Shown: positions 58,595 to 64,000 of the stretch, one piece after another
Position numbering within the stretch: the first letter of the stretch is position 1
How the letters are laid out: each line of letters begins with the position of its first letter
Assembly (NCBI GenBank): GCA_019057815.1
Contig: JAHLWR010000003.1
Span: 64,001-128,000, forward strand
Origin: Candidatus Heimdallarchaeota archaeon
GTDB lineage: Archaea; Asgardarchaeota; Heimdallarchaeia; Heimdallarchaeales; Heimdallarchaeaceae
Direction of reading: 5' to 3'
DNA length: 64,000 bases
Position numbers and translations under genes: made by a program
Notes under the pieces: model-generated
What the model saw: the letters and a program-made list of their open reading frames with translations, nothing else
Databases searched by the model: none
What the model was told of the DNA's origin: nothing

Positions 58595-59273
58595 AAATAC
58601 CCAACCAATCGTTCAAATAGTAGATTTAGTGCAAATTTATAAAGGAAAAGTCGAGACAATAGCTCTCCCTGGGATTAATCTAAAAATAAATCGGGGTGAG
58701 AGAGTTGTAATAAGAGGAAAATCTGGAATTGGAAAAACAACTTTACTTCATTGTTTAGCAGGAATTCTTAAACCATCAGCTGGAAAGATAATCATTGAAA
58801 ATAGAAATATTGTAGACTTTAACGAGGATCAACTAGCAGATTATAGGTGTACAACTGTTGGGTTAATTTATCAATCATACAATCTTGCTCCATTTTTAAC
58901 AGTCGAAGAAAATATTGAATTTCCCATGGTTATAGCGAAAATTAGAAGAGAAAAACGAAAGGACAGGATTCTTGAGCTTGTTGACTTGCTTGAAATTGAA
59001 AGATATCTTAATCAAAAACCCCCTTATCTGAGTGGAGGAGAACAACAAAGAGTCGCTATTGCAGTTGCTTTAGCTAATAAACCTGCTATCATACTAGCGG
59101 ATGAACCTACAGGGAATTTAGATACAGAAACTTCTGATCAAGTATACAAGCTGCTTTCAAATATGTGTATAGCTCATAATACTACATTAGTCATGGCTTC
59201 ACATGATCCTGAAGCCAAAAGTTATGCTGATCGCGAGATTGTACTTTCTAAATTAAAGTCACATGACTTATAA
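58587..59273 (+). CDS. ABC transporter ATP-binding protein (LolD/MacB type)
   Basis: GKSGIGKT, LSGGEQQR, ADEPTGNLD, SHD. Confidence 0.95.
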   Translation: MSKNTQPIVQIVDLVQIYKGKVETIALPGINLKINRGERVVIRGKSGIGKTTLLHCLAGILKPSAGKIIIENRNIVDFNEDQLADYRCTTVGLIYQSYNLAPFLTVEENIEFPMVIAKIRREKRKDRILELVDLLEIERYLNQKPPYLSGGEQQRVAIAVALANKPAIILADEPTGNLDTETSDQVYKLLSNMCIAHNTTLVMASHDPEAKSYADREIVLSKLKSHDL

Positions 59274-59351
59274 TTCTCAAGAATCCCAACAGTTATTGCT
59301 GGTTGAAGATCACCTATCTATGATTTAAATTCAATAATTTTTCGAGTGACA

Positions 59352-60656
59352 TTAAGAAACTTTTGGAGTTTTAATCTTCTTTCCTTCTCCTCTCAATAAA
59401 AGATTAATGATAAACATAGTAGCTCCAACAATTACGAAAAGTAAAGGAATTGAATAATCTCCAAGTAAACCAAATAATGGTGCAAAGATAAGCACTAATA
59501 TTGATTTTATCTGCGACTCTACGCTTAACATAGTTACTCTCTGTTCCTTTTTCATAGTTTCTCCTAGATAGTCGACACACAACGGTCTCCTAATGTTTTG
59601 CAAAATGTATATTATTAAATAGAGAATGGTGACTACTATAGGAATTTCAATATAAACGAATAACGCGTTCAAAAGCAGTAATGCACCAAATATGTAGAAA
59701 ATAATATCCATTCCTTTTTTAGCTGATTTGAAATAATTTTTTACTAGATAAGCGTTCCTAGAAGAAAATGATGAAAGTAGATAGAAAAGTGTGTACAGTA
59801 AGCCCAAAATGATTGAAATAATGTCCTCTTCTGAGATATTTAGACTACTTAAACCTAAATGCAATATCATCGCTGCAATTAATATTTGAATAATGGGTTG
59901 AATGTAGTCTTTCAATGTTCTGAAAATAGCATCATAAGTCGCAGAAGAAAAAAGTCCTTTAACTAATCTTCTATTCTTCAAAGCTGCAAATATATCCTTA
60001 AAACCACTTGCCATTTCTTTCCAGCTAGATTGAGTGTGGGGAACATGTTCATTCATGTAGGACGGATAAGTGGTGATGAGAATAAAATCGAGGATATAAG
60101 GAATAATTGTAATTAAGAATAACCAATTGCTAGCAGGAGCAAAGATTATTATAAAGATTGCTAAAATACCTGAAAGAGCAGAACCTAATAACGACCAAGA
60201 TCTTGTTCTACCATATACAAAGGTTTTGTGATCTTGATAATTGTTTTTATCCATCCAGAGCAAGATCATAGCTTTATGAGTACCAGAGCGAAAAGCTTCA
60301 CCCAAACCAAAAAAAACAGAAGCGAAAATTAAAACAGTCCAATTGGGTCCAGAACCAAAGAAGAAGAAAACAAAGGAAGAGATATAAAAAACAAAACAAA
60401 CTAGGAGTTCGTTCTTTTTACCATATTTGTCTGCAATGATGCCTGAAGGTACTTCGAAGACATAGGTGATTATTTCTCGGATTAAAACCAATAACCCTAT
60501 TTGAAAAAGATTTAACCCCCAAGCTAAAAGAATAATCAACAAGTAAGGTTCAAAGAATCGAAGATTCTTAAAAAAACCATAAAGCTGGAATTTTTTCATA
60601 ATAGGAGCTTTAAGTATCTCAGTTTGAAGCGCATCGTACTTGGGAACATCGGGCAT
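59352..60656 (-). CDS. MFS transporter
   Basis: EVPSG..AD.YG.K, G.AF.SG; about 12 TMs. Confidence 0.88.
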   Translation of the reverse strand: MPDVPKYDALQTEILKAPIMKKFQLYGFFKNLRFFEPYLLIILLAWGLNLFQIGLLVLIREIITYVFEVPSGIIADKYGKKNELLVCFVFYISSFVFFFFGSGPNWTVLIFASVFFGLGEAFRSGTHKAMILLWMDKNNYQDHKTFVYGRTRSWSLLGSALSGILAIFIIIFAPASNWLFLITIIPYILDFILITTYPSYMNEHVPHTQSSWKEMASGFKDIFAALKNRRLVKGLFSSATYDAIFRTLKDYIQPIIQILIAAMILHLGLSSLNISEEDIISIILGLLYTLFYLLSSFSSRNAYLVKNYFKSAKKGMDIIFYIFGALLLLNALFVYIEIPIVVTILYLIIYILQNIRRPLCVDYLGETMKKEQRVTMLSVESQIKSILVLIFAPLFGLLGDYSIPLLFVIVGATMFIINLLLRGEGKKIKTPKVS

Positions 60657-60915
60657 AATTAGGTGAAGATTTCGTAACTTTTTAAATATCTATTTGCTAA
60701 AACAAAAGCTATTATTTTCCTATTTGAATATTAGTAAAAACAATCAGTTGATTATAAAATACTGTTTTAGTTAGTCTATTTCCAATCTTTGTTAACCATC
60801 TACACTTGACTGTTGACATAATTGGTGAGATTTCTTTTTCTGTGATTTGATAGACAGTTTAAGATGTTTTTGGGAGTAAATTAAATTAAATATCCAACAA
60901 AAATAATTGATTTCC

Positions 60916-61365
60916 TCAGTCTTTTTTCTTAGGTTTTTTCTTGATTGCTGTGAGCATTTTTACATCTTCTAAATCTTCAGGTTTATGAACTCTAATCCAC
61001 AACCATTTACCATCGTGGAATTTTTTTGTATTCTCATACAGTTGGACTATTTCTTGACTAAATTCTAATTTTAGCTCCTCAAATTTTTGTATTTCATTTT
61101 TACCAAAAACTAGTAGAATAGTGAAGCTTCCTTTTTCAGGAAAAAGAGAACATAAAGTTTTTCCACTTCTTCGATAACGAACAGTCCAACCATATTTCCT
61201 GCCATAAAACGTAGTTTCCGGAATAAAATCATAATTAATATCTAGAAAACTCCTTAAATCGATCCAAGCTGTATTTGCAGGTTTTTTTAAAAAGTATAAA
61301 ATATCTTTTTCTGTTGGTTTGATAGCTTCATCAAACATTCTCTGAGTTTCCTGTTTTGAGTTCAA
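60916..61365 (-). CDS. DUF3788 family protein
   Basis: GW..RY...GKTLC.L.P, HDGKWL, K.KP. Confidence 0.8.
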   Translation of the reverse strand: MNSKQETQRMFDEAIKPTEKDILYFLKKPANTAWIDLRSFLDINYDFIPETTFYGRKYGWTVRYRRSGKTLCSLFPEKGSFTILLVFGKNEIQKFEELKLEFSQEIVQLYENTKKFHDGKWLWIRVHKPEDLEDVKMLTAIKKKPKKKD

Positions 61366-61534
61366 AAAACCACCAAATCAAAATCTTACGCTAAAATAAA
61401 TATCTATCACTTTTAAATATGACTATCTTATTTAGAGAAACAAAAATTCGAATCAAAATTCTATTATCTTTTCTTTTTATTCATTTCTTCAATTAAATTG
61501 TTTATTTTATCTGAGTGATAGGTTAATGCTTTTC

Positions 61535-61605
61535 CATTTGTGATAGCAGGATGTTCCATAAGGGTGGATTTTTTTTTGAGTTTTTCTACAATAGCTGTAA
61601 GTTTT
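61535..61605 (-). pseudogene. Eroded CutA-like remnant
   Basis: With two 1-nt frameshifts it reads KLTAIVEKLKK/IHPY/EHPAI, resembling the HPYE.P.I motif. Confidence 0.4.
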
Positions 61606-61653
61606 AGTCTTCTTTATTTAGTTAAGGAAACAGGATTTTTACAAGAATTGCTT

Positions 61654-62025
61654 TTATGATAAACCTGCTTTTGTAGTTGAATCCAGAAGTAAGTGGCTAA
61701 AATAACCTGTAAATAAACCCAGTAGCGGATAAGCGATAAATACATTATCATATCTAGTTACTAATACAAAACTTATCACAAAACAAGCTGAGAAAACAAA
61801 GAATAGTATAAAGACTGAATGAAAGAATTTTCTATGATTCGGGCTTTTCGGAGGTTCTATAATGTCTGGTAAATGGGAACCAACCAGTATAAATGGTAAT
61901 GAAACAAGTAATGATAGTATCAGCAACCATGTACTAAATTCCGACGCTAAGAAATATCTTACTACTCCTATGATAGGTAGTCCAATTATCAATCCTCCTA
62001 GTGTATGAACGATTCTGTTCGGCAT
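61654..62025 (-). CDS. Membrane metal-dependent hydrolase (YdjM family)
   Basis: H, GS.LPD..E, HR.FFHS, SHL.LD..T. Confidence 0.85.
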   Translation of the reverse strand: MPNRIVHTLGGLIIGLPIIGVVRYFLASEFSTWLLILSLLVSLPFILVGSHLPDIIEPPKSPNHRKFFHSVFILFFVFSACFVISFVLVTRYDNVFIAYPLLGLFTGYFSHLLLDSTTKAGLS

Positions 62026-62207
62026 TGAGTTTCACTATAATATTATGTGTTTCATTTTTAAGGTCAAAGAATATACTATTCTTAAATTATCTTATATAGA
62101 TTCTCCATTCTCCATTCTTTAGTTTTAGTAATTCCTTAGTATTTCAAGTTCACGTGTATTCAGAAGTGACTGAAATGTTTAAAAGATGTTTTGTCTAAAA
62201 GCATGTT

Positions 62208-62657
62208 ATGAAAGCTGTTTTTATTGCATCAATGGTACCTGTTCAAGGACCAACGATAATCTCACTAAATCCTGATGATTATTTATCAAACAAGGAAAAA
62301 GAGGAGGTTGCTCTCATTAGTATGCCTGTAGGGGGTAAAGAGGGGGAGTTTTGCTCTGTTTCACTAAATAATTATCATGCATGTAGTATCCTAACAGTAC
62401 TTCCACCTATTGATGAAGAATTGGATACAAGAGACACTCCAACATCAATTGGTTTCTTACTAGATCCATATGAAAACCCTATTCCATACAAGAATCTTAT
62501 CGAAGATTTCATTGAAAAATGCAAGACTCATGGCATATTCACCTTAGATTTTTTGAAAAAGGCTCACCCTGAATTATTTAAACTTCAAAATTCTACTAGC
62601 ATAAAAATCCCCTTTGGTGAATCTAGTTCATTTAATATTAGTATCACAGGAAGATGA
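62208..62657 (+). CDS. Putative uDENN/longin-like domain protein
   Basis: N-terminal strand, GP, P...L...E...VA..SMP.G pattern recalled from uDENN modules. Confidence 0.55.
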   Translation: MKAVFIASMVPVQGPTIISLNPDDYLSNKEKEEVALISMPVGGKEGEFCSVSLNNYHACSILTVLPPIDEELDTRDTPTSIGFLLDPYENPIPYKNLIEDFIEKCKTHGIFTLDFLKKAHPELFKLQNSTSIKIPFGESSSFNISITGR

Positions 62658-62763
62658 AAAACACAAATTAGTGCACCATTCAATCTTTGAAAAACAATTA
62701 CAGTTTTTTTAGATGGTTTGATGGATAATCTTTAATTACAGCTAAAAGAGCTTCATGTAAAAG

Positions 62764-63747
62764 GTGTTATACTTGAAATTTAAAGAAAAAATAGCAAACT
62801 TACAAAAAAAACAAATAATTTATGGAATTTTAATTCTAGTTTTCTTAACTGTCTTCATAATCTATTTAGTTAGTCGATTTGTTGATGATACTTTTGTCGA
62901 GGTTATTTTTGATAATCTTAAAGGTGAATCTGAAGTAATTTACAAGGATTTTCTGAAAGCATATGTTGATTCATTTTTCATTTATGCTACTTGTCTAATT
63001 GCTATAATGTGGATAATGAATTTTATTCTCCGAACAGTTAAAAAGAGAGTCTCACCCGATTTTCACAACGCAATACGAGTAATTATAAGAGTCACTGTAA
63101 TACCTTTTTTTATTATAGCATATCTGAATAAATTTCCTGCATTTACTGGAGCCATAATTGGAGTAGCTGCAACGATAGGTATAGCTTTTGGTTTAGCAGC
63201 TTCTAGATATGTTAGTGATTTAATAACTGGTCTCTACATTCTTTTCAGTAAACATCATAATATTGGGGATTACTTAATCATACCATCTTTAAATATTGAG
63301 GGAATTGTACAAGAAATTTCAATTAACTATTTAATTATTCTCCAACCGGGTGGAACTACCTCTGTAATCCCAAACAACAAGTTGAAAGATCAAGATATCA
63401 TTAATATCACTGTCGTAAAAGAGGAAAAAAGTAGAGATGGTATTTCACAATTGATAATGTATGGTAAAAAAGTTTCAGAAGTTCAATATATCTATCCATT
63501 AAAATGGGCGTGCAACTCCGATGACTCCCATGAAATGATTGCAAAAGCTATTGAAGAAACTGGGGATGATTTCAAAGACTTTCTTGAAGATAAGGTAAAC
63601 TGGCACATTTCAAAGAGAAATAGATTAGACCGTGAATACACTATTATGTTAACTGTAATTGATTCTAAATCTCTACTTGCTTTAGTTCCCAAATTCACTA
63701 AAACTCTGGAAGAAAATTATGAAAAACTAAAGAACAAAAAAAGGTGA
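62764..63747 (+). CDS. MscS-family mechanosensitive channel
   Basis: G.A.GLA.....D...G..I......IGD, EG.V.EI, IPN. Confidence 0.88.
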   Translation: MLYLKFKEKIANLQKKQIIYGILILVFLTVFIIYLVSRFVDDTFVEVIFDNLKGESEVIYKDFLKAYVDSFFIYATCLIAIMWIMNFILRTVKKRVSPDFHNAIRVIIRVTVIPFFIIAYLNKFPAFTGAIIGVAATIGIAFGLAASRYVSDLITGLYILFSKHHNIGDYLIIPSLNIEGIVQEISINYLIILQPGGTTSVIPNNKLKDQDIINITVVKEEKSRDGISQLIMYGKKVSEVQYIYPLKWACNSDDSHEMIAKAIEETGDDFKDFLEDKVNWHISKRNRLDREYTIMLTVIDSKSLLALVPKFTKTLEENYEKLKNKKR

Positions 63748-63786
63748 ACTTCTTTCCCTTTTTCTTTGAAAGTCAATAAGATTCGA

Positions 63787-63999
63787 TTAAAACCTCAACT
63801 CACTTAAGAATTTTCGTATATTCTTCTTTCTTCTAAGAATAACAACGCTTTCTTTACTCAATATTTGACTTATTTCTTCTAGTAGTTTCTTATATCCTCG
63901 TTTTTTGAATCTAAATGCATATTTTGCTAGTTCAACAAAACTCTTGAAAAAATACTCTTTATTTTCATTTTCCTCTATACGTGATGGAAGACGAGAAAT
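63787..63999 (-). CDS. Partial CDS (3' end; continues beyond the window)
   Basis: Open frame ISRLPSRIEENENKEYFFKSFVELAKY...LRF* running off the window edge. Confidence 0.55.
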   Translation of the reverse strand: MSRLPSRIEENENKEYFFKSFVELAKYAFRFKKRGYKKLLEEISQILSKESVVILRRKKNIRKFLSELRF

Positions 64000-64000
64000 T

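Noticed and set aside
1-64000. Numerous 60-170 aa ORFs overlapping long genes (mostly antisense)
   Set aside because: Shadow ORFs inside well-supported genes, with no independent motifs.
1-64000. tRNA, rRNA, or selenocysteine read-through
   Set aside because: No GC-rich structured intergenic segments or cloverleaf motifs were seen, and no TGA was noticed at a catalytic Cys position. tRNAscan-SE or Infernal would be needed to exclude them formally.

Overview
AT-rich archaeal chromosomal segment, most consistent with an Asgard archaeon (Heimdallarchaeia-like). This rests on a Rab-like small GTPase, a probable uDENN/longin domain, CarS, GINS23, MCM, Hel308, HerA-NurA, Lsm, Rio2, DRG and deoxyhypusine synthase; the taxonomy is inferred from gene content only. 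Most of the window is housekeeping DNA. It includes a co-directional replication/repair cluster (mcm[intein]-hel308-gins-pyrG-nurA-herA-lsm) and a 2-oxoacid:ferredoxin oxidoreductase operon whose beta subunit carries a LAGLIDADG intein in the ThDP active-site motif. The most unusual signal is architectural. At three places (about 26.8-29.6 kb, 34.4-36.1 kb and 51.5-53.2 kb) part or all of a resident gene is duplicated in direct orientation 1.1-2.7 kb away. The DNA between the copies is a mosaic of accessory genes (a HEPN-motif protein, membrane proteins) and broken gene fragments (Schlafen/AlbA_2, SCP2, fumC, MFS). Two unrelated repeat pairs are exactly 1441 bp apart. No integrase, transposase, reverse transcriptase, CRISPR array, tRNA or rRNA was recognised. 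All family calls are by-eye motif recognition; no database searches were run.
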